Part shown: positions 12,698 through 26,564 of the stretch, one piece after another
Layout: each line of letters begins with the position of its first letter
Position numbering within the stretch: the first letter of the stretch is position 1
Origin: Mobula hypostoma
Taxonomy: Eukaryota
Assembly (NCBI RefSeq): GCF_963921235.1
Contig: NC_086097.1
Span: forward strand, 91,142,001 to 91,206,000
DNA: 64,000 nucleotides
Direction: 5' to 3'
Made by a program: the position numbers and the translations under genes
The notes under the pieces: generated by a model
Seen by the model: the letters and a program-made list of their open reading frames with translations, nothing else
Databases searched by the model: none
What the model was told of the DNA's origin: nothing

Positions 12698-14392
12698 CAT
12701 AAGACCATAAGACCTAGGAGCAAAATTACGCCATTTTGCCCATTGAGTCTGCTTCACCATTTCATCATGGCTGATCCATTTCCCTCTCAGCACCATTCTC
12801 TTGCCTTCTCATAAGCTTTCATGTCCTGACGAATCAAGAATCTGTCAAGCTCTGCCTTAATTGCATCCAATGACCTGGCCTCCACAGCTACTTGTGGCAG
12901 TGAATTCCACAGACTCACCGCCCTCTGGCTAAAGAAATTCCTCCTCATCGCTGTTCTAAATGAACGTCCCAACATTTTGAGGATGTGCCTTCTGGTCATA
13001 GACCCTAAAGTAAAGGAAACACTCTCTTCACATCTATTCTATCTACAGCTTTCAACATTTGATAAGTTTCAATGAGATCCCCACTCATTCTTCTAAATTC
13101 CAGGGAATACAGGCCCAGAACCTTCAACTGCTGCTCATATGATAACCCTTTCATTCTCAAGATCATTCTTGGGAACCTCCTATGAATCCTCTCCAATGTC
13201 AGCACATACATTCTTAAAAATGAGGCCTAAAACTATTCACAATACACAAAGTGAGGCCATACCAGTGTCTTATACAGCCTTAACATTACATCCTTGATTT
13301 TATATTCGAGTACTCCTGAAAGAAAAGCTAACATTATATTCACCTTCCTCACCTCCGATTTAACCTGCAAATGAACCTTTATTGGAATCTTGCACAAGGA
13401 TTCCCAAATCCCTTTGCACCATGATTTTTAATTTTTTTTCAACATTTAAAAAAAAGCCTACACTTTTATTCTTCCTACCCAAGTGCATAAGCATACACTT
13501 CCTGACACGGTATTCCATCTGCCACCTCTTTGCCTATTCTCTTAATCTGTCTAGATCCTTTTGCAGCCTTTCTGCTCCCTCAACAAACATGCCCCTCCAG
13601 CTATCTTAAGCTTTAAGTTCCTCGGGGTCAATATCACAAATGACCTGACTTGGACCAACCAAGCAGAGTCCACTGCCAAGAAGACCCACCAGCGCCTTTA
13701 ATTCCTGAGAAAACTAAAGAAATTTGGCCTGTCCCCTAAAACCCTCACTAATTTTTATAGATGCACCGTAGAAAGCATTCTTATAGGGTGCATCACAACC
13801 TGGTATGGAAGTTGACCTGTCCAAGACTGGAAGAAGCTGCAGAAGGTCATGAACATGGCTCAGCACATCACACAAACCAATCTTCTGTCCTTGGACTCAC
13901 TTTACACCGCATGCCGTCGGAGCAGTGCTGCCAGGATAATCAAGGACACGATCCACCCAGCCAACACACTTTCGTCCCTCTTCCCTCCGGGAGAAGGCTC
14001 AGGAGCTTGAAGACTCATACGGCCAGATTTGGGAACAGCTTCTTTCCAACTGTGATAAGACTGCTGAACGGATCCTGACCCGGATCTGGGCTATACCCTC
14101 CAAACATCCGGACCTGCCTCTCGGTTTTTTTGCTCTACCTTACTTTCCATTTTCTATTTTCTATTTATGATTTATAATTTATTTTTTTAATATCTACTAT
14201 CGATTTGTACTCCAGGGAGCGGGAAGCGCAGAATCAAATATCGCTGTGATGATTTTACGTTCTAGTATCAATTGTTTGGCGACAATAAAGTAGAAAGTAG
14301 AAACTTCTTCAATTTCATCATCCAAATCATTGACATACAATGTAAAAAGAAACGGTCCCAACATGAGTAGAACACTACTAGTCACTAGCAAC
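12698..14392 (-). mobile_element. CR1 LINE RT/3' end, interrupted by a Rex1 copy
   Basis: ORFs 12787-12999, 13005-13211 and 14197-14391 (LGPFLFTLYVNDLDD); (cataagac)n tail. Confidence 0.88.
13607..14302 (+). mobile_element. Rex1/Babar LINE 3' part
   Basis: FKFLGVNIT..LTW, PLPSGRRLRSLKTHTARFGNSFFPTVIRLLN; aataaagtagaaagtaga tail. Confidence 0.88.
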
Positions 14393-14429
14393 TAATCCTG
14401 CTTACTACAGAGAAATCATAGATTAAAAA

Positions 14430-14984
14430 AAAAACTGCTATCCTCGAACAGAAAGCTTAAACCAGGGAGGAAGTTCATCTTTCAGCAGGACAACATCCTA
14501 AAGCACACTGCCAGAGCAATATTGGGTGGCTTCAAATGAAGAAAATTGATGTCCATGGATGGCCCATTGTGAGTCCTGGCCTTAACCAAGTGGACATCTC
14601 CGGCAAGAATTCAAATTTCTGTCCACTGCTGCTCCCCAACTCACCAGGCGCAACTTGAACAATTTTGCAAGAAGGAATGGGAAAATCTTGTGCAAAGCTA
14701 ATAGGACTTATCCAAAAAGACTACTGGCTGTAATAGCTGTGAGCGTTGGTTCAACTTAGTACTGAGCAAAGGAAAACAAAACTTTCGAACTGCTGACATT
14801 TCAGTTTTTGAATTTTTAATTTTCATGCTTTACAATCTTCATCGTTTTTTGGACATTATGTGAAAGCAAGGATTATGTGATTCACAAATAAATATTCTCT
14901 GTTAAATTGATTGAAATACCTAACTGTAATACTCATTTATGTGAACAAAGGGTTGGAGGCTGAATACCTTTTCAAGGCACTCTA
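14430..14984 (+). mobile_element. Tc1-type transposon 3' remnant
   Basis: FIFQQDNILKHTA (QQDNDPKH motif) and WP..SP.LN motif; right TIR-like ctgaataccttttcaaggcactcta. Confidence 0.75.
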
Positions 14985-15714
14985 TTTACATCCTGTCATA
15001 GAATTGCTGTATGTTTATTACAATAAAATCTATCACCTGTTTTCCATTCACCAACAATTCTGGAAGCATTACATGATCTTCCTTCCTCCAAGTCAATAAT
15101 GTAAACAGTGAAGCGATCCCTGTGGTACTCCACACTTGTTACCTCCTTCCAGTCTATAAAGGACCCAATTATTCTAAATCTCTGTCCTTTATGAGGCAGC
15201 CAGTTTTCAAACTATTCAACATATTTCCTCTAGGTAAATGCACTGTGGAACATCCCTTTGGCTCTCACAATATTGAATCTAAGAACATAATGAGAAAATT
15301 ATAGTCCTCTTTGTCATGACTTTTTTGAATGAAGTTGTCCCTTTAATGCCATTTAATGCAAAACCAATATATCTTCTCTTTGCCATCAATTCTATCATCC
15401 AAATCATTGACATATGATGTAAAAAGAAATGGTCTCAGCAGAGGTTCCTGTGGGAACACCACTAGTTACCAGCAGTCAACCTGATACGGGTCCCTTTAAT
15501 CCCATTCTTTGCCTCCTGCCAATCAGCTAATGTCTAAACATGCTGGTATCTTTTCTGTAATACCATGGGCTCTTAACTTGCTAAGCAGCCTCACATGTGG
15601 TTCCTTGTCAAAGGCAATCCGAAAATCCATCTACACAACATCCAATTATTCTTCTTTGTCTATCCTGAATGTTCATTCTTCAAACCTGAGATTCATTGTG
15701 TTGTGGGCATACTT

Positions 15715-16090
15715 ACTATTTCGGTAGCGGAACACTGCATTCACAATGGCCATAGGATTGACTTTGACAGCATAAAACTACTGTGCCGTGCCAATGGCCT
15801 TTGAGACTGCTTGGTAGAAGAAGCTATTGAAATAAAACTAGCAGAAAATAATTTTACAAAGATGAAGGTCTCACTCCAAGTAAGAGCTGGAATTCGACTG
15901 GAAACAAAGTGGGAGAGCAGAAACCTGATTGGATAAGCGATCAGGAGAGATGGACAATGGGGTTAGAAACACCATTGGACTAGACATGCCCAGGCATCAT
16001 CCCTGAAGAAGATAGTAGGGTCTGTCATCAAAATATCAGTTATAATAGATACCTACACCCAGCTTGAAGCCCGACAAGAGCTTTTTCATC
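15715..16090 (+). mobile_element. Penelope-like element (second family) 3' remnant with decayed hammerhead core
   Basis: SVAEHCIHNGHRIDFDSIKLL...EEAIEIKL GIY-YIG C-terminus; ctgaaga...caaaa decayed core near 16003-16035. Confidence 0.7.
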
Positions 16091-17639
16091 AAAGAATCAA
16101 TGAAAGACTGCACCAGCTTGTGCATGCAGCTTGTGTGCAAAAGTCAACAGACTAGGCCAAAGTAGCACACCCACAAGTCATTAGCCTTAACTGCAGGTCT
16201 TTGGAATGTAGGAGAAAATACAAAGCCTCAGCAAAGAAGGATGTCTCTTTGGAATAGATGAGGAGGAATTCCTTTAGCCAGAGGGTGGTGAATCTGTGGA
16301 ATTCACTGCCACAGACGGCTGTTGAGGCCAATCATTAGGTGTATTTAAAAATGACATTGTTAGGTTCTGGATTAGTAAGGGTATCAATCGTTATGGGGAA
16401 AAGGCATGAGAATGGGGTTGAGGGGAATAATAAATCAGCGATGATGGATTGGCAGAGCAGGTAATGGGCTGAATGGTCTAATTCTGCTCCTATATCTTAG
16501 GTTCTTGTGGAAGCTGGAGCACCCCAAGGAAACCTCACATAGTCATGAGGAGAATGTACAACTTTTTATGGGCAGCAGCAGGAATAGAAGCCCAGTTGGT
16601 GATTGATGGTGCTGTAACACAACATGCTAGTCGCTACACTACCATGCTGTCCTAATAAAATGAGTAGGTACAGAGCAGATTACACTGGAGCTGTGGAATC
16701 CAGATCTTCAAGGGAGAGTTCTGGGATGTCTTCCAAAGTTGAGAAAAAAAAAGCAAGTTTGAGTTACAGGTTTTTGTGGCTTGTACACCTGTGGAAAGTA
16801 AGACCATAAGACATAGGAACAAAATTAGGCCATTCAACCCATCAAGTCTGTTCTGCCATTCTATCTTGTCCTTCCATGAGACTGAGGGTTTCAAGGTTAG
16901 TTATTTCTGGAAGGTTGTCACCATGAAGATCATGAAGTTATGGACTGGGTAATAATTGGGCGATGACTTAAGAGATGAAAATCAGCAGGCAGGAGTTTCA
17001 GGAGGGCTCTGCTCATGATTTTGATTTTGATTTGTGTCTGATTTTGAATACTGACTGATGTGGGTGGTAGTTAGTATATCCAGATTCATGACCATGGTAC
17101 ATGGGTGGATTAATGGCAGAATGGAGGTAAAGTGAAGACAGCAGCTCTGTGCTTGGGAACTCATGATTAACGAAGCAGTGAGGCATTTTAGTGTTCACAG
17201 ACAGGATTTTAGGATGGGATGATTTATATTTTTACGCAACAGCTTCTTCCCCTCTACTGACAAAGTTCAGACAAGTCTATGACCACAATCTCACTGTTTT
17301 TCTACACTTTTGCACAATTTATTTATTATGTATCCCTTATAACTTGCAGCATTTTTATGTATTGCATTTTACTGCTGCTGCAAAACAACATATTTCATGA
17401 CATGCGCTTAGTGGCTTCTTCATTACCAGCTACTTTGGGTCTTCCGGACAAACCTAACTGCAGTTCTCATTGAAAAATCAAATATTCCCATTTCAGCCTG
17501 CGTCTATAATGTGTACAGTCAGTGATGAAGTTTAAATGCAAATGAACAATCTATTTCTGCTTAAAGCCGACAGAAATAGACCATAAGACTATAAGACATA
17601 GACCAGACTGTAGCCGGCACACGGTCCATTTAAGAAGCC

Positions 17640-19695
17640 GCTGGCAAAAAAGAAGGCAACGTGCTGGTCTGATGGTGAGATTAAATAAAACAAGGTTTCT
17701 GACTCCCAATACCAACTACCTTGCTGGCAAACACACAGTCTCTGGTAAATAAAATAGACAATCTCAGAGCTAGGGCGCTGTATCAGAGAGAAGTTAGGAA
17801 CAAATGCGTCTTTTGTTTTACGGGATCCTGATTAACCCCTTCCATACCGGACACAGCAATTCAGATTGATAGGTTCCCTATACACTGTCAGAATAGGACT
17901 GTCAAGTCTCTCAAAATCAGAGGTGGAGGTGTATGCCTCATGACCAACTCCTCATGGTGTACTAATGTGTCAGTGACGTCCCTATATTGCACACTAGACC
18001 TAGACTACCTCACAATTAAGTACCAGCTATTTTACCTGCTGTGGGAGATCTCAACGATCATTTTGGTAGCCATGTACATTCCACATCAAGCTAATGTCAA
18101 ACAGGCTCTAGATGAACTGAGCAATGTAATCAACAAGCATGAAACAACACATCCTGATGTCTTCCCCATCATTCTGGGGGATTTTAACCAGGCCAGCTTG
18201 ATAAAGTCGTTAAATTATTATTATCGGCAAATCACCTGCTGTACCAAGGAATCAACACAGTGGACCACTGTTACACCAAGTTCAAGAGTGGCTACCATGC
18301 TATCCCATGTCCACACTTTAGAAAGTCTGATTATCTGGCTGTATTTCCACTCCCTGAGTATAGGCAGAGACTGAAGACTACTGCACCAGTAGTGAGGAAC
18401 AAGGGGCACAGGAACTTTAATGTTTTGAATCAGTGGACTGGACTGTGTTCAGGGAGTTAATTTCAAGTCTGAATGAATATGCCATTGCTATCAGCTACTT
18501 CAGAATCAGGATTAGAAACAAGTTTATTATCACCAGTATGTGTCATGAAATTTGTTAACTTGGCAGCAGCAGTTCAATGCAATACATAATATCAAAGAAA
18601 AAATATATAATAAATACATAAGTAAATCAATTACAGTATATGTATATTGAATAGATTTTAAATCGTGCAGAAAAACAGAAATAACAAGATCTACTTCATT
18701 AGAACCTGTGCGGATGAGTGTGTGCCTACAAAACATACTGTACATTCCCAAACCAAAAGCTGTGAATGAACCAGGAGGTTCGTAGTCCACTGAGGGCTAG
18801 ATCTCTGGCATTTAATTCTGGCAACCCCCCGCAGGACTGTATAAGAAAACTAGCTCTGACTTGCAGAGTGCTACTTCAAGAGCCGAGAAACAATTCTGAG
18901 GGATGTTGGGGGGCGACATCAGTTGCACATCAACTCTGGCAGGGTTTGCAGGCCATTACTTCCTACAAAGCAAAACCCCGACATCATGAATGGCAGAGGT
19001 GCTTCACTACCGGACGGGCTCAACACCTTTGATGCTTGCTTTGAAAGGGAGGACAAAACTGCAGCTGTGAGCATCCCTGCAGCACCCAATGACCCTGTGA
19101 ACTCTGTCTTGGAGGCCGACGTCATGCTGTCTTTCACGAGGGTAAACCCTCGCATCACAGTAGGGCTCTGAAAACCTGTGCCAACCAACTGTATTCAAAC
19201 ACATTTTCAATCTCTCACTGCTACAGTCAGATGTTCCCACCTGCTTCAGAAGGGCAACAATTATACCAGTGCTCAAGAAGAGCAGGGTGAGCTGCCTCAG
19301 TGACTATCATTCAGTAATGCTTACATCTACGGGTGATGAAATGCTTTGAGAGATTGGTCATGGCTAGAATCAACACTTGTCTCAGAAAGGACCTGCACCC
19401 ACTACACTTTACCTATCGTCACAATAGGACTACAGCAGTCGTGATCTCAATGGCTCTCTACGCAGTCTCGGATCACCTGGACAATGCAAATACCAAGGAC
19501 AGGAAGCTGTTCATTGACCATAGCTCAGCATTTAACACCATCGTTCCTATAGTCCTGATCAAAAAGTTATAGAACCTGGGCCTCTGTACCTCCCTCTACA
19601 ATTGGATCCTCGATTTCATAACCAGAAGACCAAACATAAACTGTGTGGATTGGAAATACCATCTCCACCTCACTGACAATTAACATCGGCTCTCC
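17640..19695 (+). mobile_element. Rex1/Babar LINE, degenerate endonuclease and RT (with an inserted minus-strand tail at ~18500-18690)
   Basis: LLANTQSLVNKIDNL, VAMYIPHQAN...[18 protein letters not shown]...LFIDHSSAFNTI. Confidence 0.88.
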
Positions 19696-19697
19696 TA

Positions 19698-19846
19698 GCA
19701 ACACACACAAAATGCTGGAGGAACTCAACAGGCCAGCAAGTATCTATGGAAGAGAGTACAATCATTGTTTCAGGCTGAAACCCTTCGGCAGGACTGCATT
19801 TTGTGTGTGTTGCTTGGATTTCCAGCATCTGCAGATTTTCTCTTGT
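19698..19846. mobile_element. Mini Penelope-derived inverted element (~145 bp)
   Basis: Same terminal sequence as 7919-9124 in both orientations; inversion junction caggactg|catttt identical to the copy at ~44077-44220. Confidence 0.8.
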
Positions 19847-19849
19847 ATG

Positions 19850-20345
19850 TCATTGTGTAAAAAATTACCTCAAAAAGCCTTATAGGTTCCAAGTAGAGAA
19901 AGACAATACTGTGAATTAAATTAAAGTCACTCCCAGAACTTAATACAGTTTTTAAATAAAAACAATGAACCCCCAAAGATTTGTAATGAAGCCTGCATCT
20001 GATTTCTTTAACTTTATATGCCTCACACTGTAATAGTATGTGTTCAACTGTTTCAGTGATGACAAAACCTACACAACCCAGAATATGTAACAAGATACAA
20101 GGAATATTTAAGCATAGTATGCCCAATTCTAAGTCAAGTCAATACAATTCCTCCCCTCTTATTTTACCCCCTTCTCCCATCAATCCAACAGTTTTATGTA
20201 TTCTGTAAAGGTGTCTCGCTTTATGCCCAATATCCTACAAGTCTTCTCATAAGCCTCTGTTCATGCCCCTTAGCTTCTGATTTGCAGAATGGAGGTCTAT
20301 ATCCACTGTTGAACCTTTAACAGCTTTCTTAGCTAAACGATTAAC
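19850..20345 (-). mobile_element. I/Nimb-clade LINE 3' region (RNase H end, C-terminal zinc knuckle)
   Basis: RLAKKAVK and ETVEHILLQC motifs on the minus strand. Confidence 0.65.
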
Positions 20346-20886
20346 CAAAAAGGCAAGGAAAGAGGACTGGGTCGAGACAACAGAGACTTATGGAGAAGAG
20401 GAGTTCTCTACTTGGAATGCACGTGGACATACCCGACCAAAACTTTTCCATGGATGGCTTCCAGACCATTCGGGCTGACCAGAAGTGCACTGAGAGCGGA
20501 AAGCGTAAAGGAGTTGGGGGCTTACTGTTCTGGTTAACAACGGATGGTGCAATCCTGGTCATATTACAATCGAGGAACGTGTTTGTAGCCCGGATATTGA
20601 ACTTTTTGCTGTTGGACTCCGGCCATATTCCACCGAGATACAACAATGGGCGTCATGGGAGGTTGTTCCTGCCTGTGGCCATCGAACTTTGCAGCTCCTC
20701 CCGTGGAGGGTCAGACACCCTGAGCCAATAGGCTGGTCCTGGACTTATTTCCATCTGGCATAGTTCGCATATTGTTGTTTGATTGTTTGTGGTTTTTGTA
20801 TTTCTATATTTATGCTCTATTCTTGGTTGGTGCAGCTGTAACGAAACTCAATTTCCCTCAGGATCAATAAAGTATGTCTATGTCTA
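20346..20886 (+). mobile_element. Internally deleted Rex1/Babar element
   Basis: Endonuclease segment DGFQTIRADQ...SGKRKGVG joined directly to the 3' end LFLPVAIEL...SDTLSQ; tail aataaagtatgtctatgtcta. Confidence 0.75.
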
Positions 20887-21460
20887 GGAAAGGCTGATAA
20901 CAGTGCTGAAGATGATTTAGCTGGTTTACAAAAAGAGGCAATGTGTAATGAGGAAAGGCTGATGATAGACGAAATTTCAGTCAACAGGATGAGTTACAAT
21001 GAAAAAGGCAGACAAAATCAAAATGGGTGAATACAGGACTGAAGGGCTTGTATCTGAATCTGCGCAGTATACTTAATAAGGTAGGTGAATTTGCAGCACA
21101 GTTACAGATTGGCAGGGATGTTGTTTTAGACATCACTGAATCATGGCTGAAATATTATAGCTGGGAGCACAATGTCCAAGGATAGACATTATATCAAAGA
21201 GATAGGCAGGAAGGCAGAGGGGGTGGTATTGCTGTGTTGGTAAAAAAATGAAATCAAATCATTAGAAGGAGGTGACATAGGGTCAGAAGTTGTTGAATCA
21301 TTGTGGATAGAGCTAAGGAACTGCAACCGTAAGAAGACCCTGATGGGAGTTATTTACAGACCCCCAAACAGTACCAAAGATGTGGCCTAGAAATTACAAT
21401 GGGAGATAGAAAATGCATGCCAAAAGGGCAATGATGTAATAGTCATGGGAGTCTTCAAAA
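20887..21460 (+). mobile_element. CR1 endonuclease fragment
   Basis: LYLNLRSILNKVGEF...ITESWL...ESLWIELRN...GVIYRPPNS. Confidence 0.85.
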
Positions 21461-24100
21461 TTATCCACATAGACACCTGAGAATATTTAATGCTCCTTTA
21501 CACTTACCAATTATTTTACTGATATGGTGCTTCCATGTTAGCTTATTATCCAGCCACATGCCTGGAAATCTTACCATAGACACTTCTTCAAGACTTTGGC
21601 ATATCATTTCAAATCAAATGCAGGTCTATTGATAGTATTTTGTAAAACACGCAACTTGTGTTTTAGCTACTGAAAGCTTAAATCTCCATCTATTTTCTCA
21701 CTGTTCAACCTTATTAATTGCTAACTGCATCCTATATACAGTTAAATTGAAATTCCTACCTCTAATCCATAAAGTTCCATGATCTGCATATAGTGACTTA
21801 CCCACCCTGGTATCTATCTCAGAGAAAAATATCATAATATCAAATAATAAAGGGCTACAAATACTGCCTTGTGGGTTCCCATTCTCTATCTCATAGAAAC
21901 CTGAATATACCTAGCCAACCCGTACCTGTTTAGATCATCCAAATAAAAAACTAAAAAATCTTCCCCTCACTCCTAATTACCATAATTTAATCAAAATTCC
22001 TTCTTTCCATAGCACATCATATTCCTTTTCCATATAAAAAATGCTGCTATTACAACTTCTTTATTTACCTGTGCTTTCCTAATAGCATCTTCCAAAGGTA
22101 AAACTGAAACAAATGTCAATCTACCCTTCTGAAATACACTGATAAAATGCTATATCACCTCTTTTTTCCAAAATATAATTCAAATTCTCTATTACCATAT
22201 GTTCCATAAGTTTACATAAATGAGGCATTAATAATACTGGTTATAACTAAAAGGGTCCAATGGGGTTTTCCTAGATCTTGGAATAGGCACTAGTACTGCC
22301 ATTGTCCATGAGGAAGGAAGATGTCTTAATTTCCAAATATGATTAAGAATTTTAATATTGTCTCAAGAGAGTTGTCAGTCATATGTCTAATCATACAATA
22401 ACATAAAGCACCCTTTTCTAGAGATGTCTGACTGCACTATTAATAGCCTTCTTAAATTCACAGAAAGAAAACTCTACATCACTAATACTATCATTGCTAC
22501 AGCTGGCTTTCAACACATCAGGGTATTCATTTCGAGCCTTATCTCTACATTGTTTAACCTCTTCATCTAAAATATCTTGAGTACAAATTGCAGCAAATGA
22601 TCTAGCTAGTAACTCAACCTTCCCTATTTCAGTAACAATTGATTTATCTTCTTTAATCAATGCTGGGATATTATTATCCCTATGAATTACCACCCCCCGC
22701 ACCACTTTCTTAACTATTCCCCAAATCCCTTCCAATACTATCACAATATGACCTCCAGTAAAGCTTTCTCTCAGTCTTCACCACTTTCCTCACCATGGCC
22801 TGTGCCCTTTTATACTTAGTAAGGTCACTTGGAGAGTGACACTTCATAACTTTCTAAAACACCTATTTCTCTCCCTAATTGCCTCTGCATAATCCTCAGA
22901 CCACCATGCAGCCTTTCTCCTATTATGTCAGGATGCTGGAACAGGGATCCAATTGCATACCCAGTACTGTGCGCACAGTGACATTAATTGAGTAACAAAT
23001 CCCAAGGTGCAAACAAAGTCAGCAACAGAGTTCAGGCAGAGATCAAAACATCCAGGGTAATCCAAAAACCAGAATCGGGGAAATAGGCAGAGTCAATATT
23101 CAGATGGACAGAGTACAGATATGAATGCTGGGAAAATTCACTGGTACAATCTGACAACAAACAGGTGAAAACACAGGACTGAAATACACTGAGCAACAAA
23201 CAGAGAGGCAGATGATAGGTGGAGCACAATGAGACACAGGTGGCAGCAATACAGGTAATAATGAGAAGTAAATGAGAGACGGAGTACTCAGTAATACAGG
23301 GGCTGGAGTAGAGCAGGAGCGGGGATAGGAGCACATGGCAATACAAAACCACAGACTGACAGCTGGAGGGAAACACACAAAAAGACAGAGTTCAACTGGA
23401 GGTACTGACATATTAATGCCCTTTTTAATAGGAATCACTTCCAATGCAATATTAGGTTTAACTTTTTGAAAGGCCTCTGCATAAAGCACACCCAACTGTA
23501 CTTTAACCTGCCTTCAACTGCCTTCTTAAGCACTTCACATCCTTTATAACCTGCACTATGTTCTCCTCCACAATTACAACAGTTGAACTTTATGCCTTCT
23601 CCATAATCTTCATCCTTATGTTTCACACCACACTAACTACACCTTAGCTTCCCACGACATACTGCCACAACATGCCCAAATCTCTGACATTTAAAACATC
23701 TAAGTGGAGGTGGAATATAAGCTTGTACATTATAACTAACATACCTAAAACTAATTTCATCAGGAAGCTTCACCCCATCAAAATAAATCAATACGGATGA
23801 ACTATCCATCCTTTCCCTATTTCTACCTACTTGTGATCTCTTTACCTCCCAATAAATGAGATTTAACCTACTCTATTGAAATCTCCATCAGAACATCCAT
23901 TATATGACACCCCAAATACCTCTATTTTCATTAGACGACATATAGATACTACCTTTTTGCCCAGCAAAGTCTTCAAACATAATGCCTTCTCACACTGTTT
24001 TTATCCTTACGAACGATTCATTCTTCTCAAAGTACGAGCACAATCTATAGCAGATTGCAACTCTCTGGTTAACTTAATGGGATTGATGGAAGAAGGCTCT
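21461..24100 (-). mobile_element. I/Nimb-clade LINE: gag-like ORF1 with zinc knuckles and degenerate RT
   Basis: YIPPPLRCFKCQRFGHVVAVC, CCNCGGEHSAGYKGC (ORF1); IENGNPQGSICSPLLF, YADHG (RT). Confidence 0.82.
22926..23410. mobile_element. Solo LTR (Gypsy-like)
   Basis: TGTCA...TGACA termini; exact 5-bp TSD tatta at 22921-22925 and 23411-23415. Confidence 0.85.
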
Positions 24101-24999
24101 TCCGGGTCAAATTTAAAGTCTTACTTCTTTTTTATTTCAAAAAATCCCACCCTTCCTCTCCATCACCAGGAATCACTCCAATGTTGTTTCTTTTTCTGTT
24201 TTCCTGATCCAGATTCAACTTCATTCCAACTTCCTCCTCCCGCCATCCTGTACCCTACCGAACCCTCCATTTTCAGTTCCTCCCCCCACCTGAAATTACA
24301 TTACTTCCCAACATCCCCACCCCAGTCAGAATCTAGCACCACCAAACGCCAGTCCTCATGTCAGCCATCATACCTGTCTGTTTCAGGTAACTAGCACTTT
24401 TCAGTTTAGGCTTCTGGTGAGGTCACGAGAGTCCAGGTGCTACCACTTTAGGTCAGGATCTGTATGGTGCTCATTCCATCCAATTCCAGTGGCAGAGAAT
24501 GATTTTTGAAAGTTCCTCAGGAGTAAGTAATAACACCAGCCACTTGACTGGTAATCCTTTTCTTGCCATCCCTCGCCAATGTGGCCCGACTCACGGAGTT
24601 CTACCAGCAGATGGCTTGTTGCTCCATCCAGTCTTTCTGACTCTGATTAAGCCCAATGTTAAGGCCTCAAACAGACAGTTCCTTTGGGAAATGGTTTGCT
24701 GTCCCTGTAGCCCACATGCTTGATTTAATTGAGGGTCTCAGAGTCACAGGGGCCATCTTGGCCACAGAACGACAGTCCTTTGGTTGAGAAACAAGATTCA
24801 AAATTGACACTAGGTGTTGTGAAAAGCAATGCAATTTAAAGTGAGTTGGGCCATTGCTTCCAGACAGGCTGCAGTCTGTTGTTTAGTTGAAGATGGGTAA
24901 AGGAAGGTAATTCAGCCTTTGATGGAATCCTGCAACCTCCTCATTAGTCGTGGGTTGGATAGTGCCATTGAGTGTGTGCATGTGTTTTGCAAATCCAAC

Positions 25000-26260
25000 A
25001 TAGAATGACGCTGTACAGCACAGACCCTTCAGCCGTTGATGTTATGCTAAACATACTCCACAGTCAATCTCAACATTCCCTCCTACACAGCTGATAACCC
25101 TCCATTTCTTTTACATCCATATGCTTTTCCAAGAGTCTTTTAGATGCCCTTATTGAATCTTCCTCTACTACCAATCCAGGCTCCTGCCACTCCTGGTGTA
25201 AAGAACCTATCTCTGATATCTCCACTAAACTAACACTCATATTAAGCAGATGTATTGGCCACTGCTGCCCTGGCAAAAAGGTGCTGACTGCTGACTCTAC
25301 GTATTGTTCTCAAAATCTTATACATCTCAATCAAGTCACCTCTCATTCTTCTTTGCTCCAAAGAGAAGAAGCTTTTGCTTGCTCAATCTTTCCTTACAGG
25401 ACATGTTCTCTAATCTAGGCAGCATTCTGGTAAATCTCTATACCCTCTCTAAAGCTGTCACATTGTTTCTATAATGAGGCAACGAGATCTAAACAATACT
25501 CCACGTGTGGTCTAACCAGGGTTTTACAGAGCTACGATATTACCTTGTGGCTCTTGATCTCAGCTCCCCAACTAATGAAGACCAGAACACCAGGTAATCT
25601 TTATTTGTCTAATGTGCATCAGAACACAGTGAAATCCATTGCTTTATGTCAAATCAAATTGGCAAAGTTTGTGCTGCCACACTTCCGGAGCCAACATAGC
25701 ACTCCGGCAACTCACGAACTGAACACCTATGGAATGTGGGAGGAAAATGGAGCACTCGAAGCAAACACATGCACCTCCTTAACCACCCTGTCAACTGCAT
25801 GGCAACTTGGAAGGATCTGAGAACGTGGACCCCAAGATCCCTCTGTCTCTCCACACTGCTAAGAATCCTACCCTGTACTTTGTCTTCAAGTATGACCTTC
25901 CAAAGTGTATCACATCACACTTTTCCAGACTGAAGTCCATCTGCAGTCCTGCTGAAGGGTCTCGGCCCAAAACCTCGACCTGTACTTTTTTCCATAGATG
26001 CTGCCTGGCCTGCTGAGTTCCTCCAGCATTTTGGGTGTGTTTATCACATCTCTTTCCACCTCTGCACTCTGTTTATATCCCATTGTAACCAACAGCTGCC
26101 TTCTACACGATCCACAACATCTCTGTGTCATCTGCAAACTTACTAATCCATCCTTTTCTAAGTCGTTTATCAATATCACAAAGATTAAGGGGCCCAGAAG
26201 AGTTCTCCGACCTCCAGGTAGAGTATGCTTCATCTACTGCCATCCTCTGCCTTCAGGATT
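25000..26260 (-). mobile_element. Degenerate CR1 3' region with SINE-like and mini-Penelope (~25943-26040) insertions
   Basis: ERQRDLGVHV, LLGPLIFVILINDL; Penelope end cagtcctgctgaagggtctcggcc...cagcattttgggtgtgt. Confidence 0.7.
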
Positions 26261-26564
26261 ATCACTCAACTAATATAGAAACTTGCATCTTTATCTGTGC
26301 ATGGGTAGAATTTCCAAAGGAATATTAGCCAGGGGTTCATTTGATTGGATCATGATGCTTCTGTTGGCCTTTTGCTGGGTGCTTTCCAACAGATGGCACC
26401 CGCACCCCAAAGCATTTGTGTACATCTGTAGCCACAATGAGTCTCCCAGTTGTTCCACGGTGGGTGGGATCACTGCGGAGTCCTCTCTTTGTACATGAAT
26501 CATGGAGTCAGGAAGCACACTGTATAGCATTGAAACAGATCATTCGGCTCTTTGACCATTGGCT

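Noticed and set aside
23876..24394. 172-aa plus-strand ORF
   Set aside because: Antisense to the Nimb ORF1 and 5' region; low complexity
26291..26530. Minus-strand 79-aa ORF in apparently unique sequence
   Set aside because: No recognisable homology or convincing splice signals
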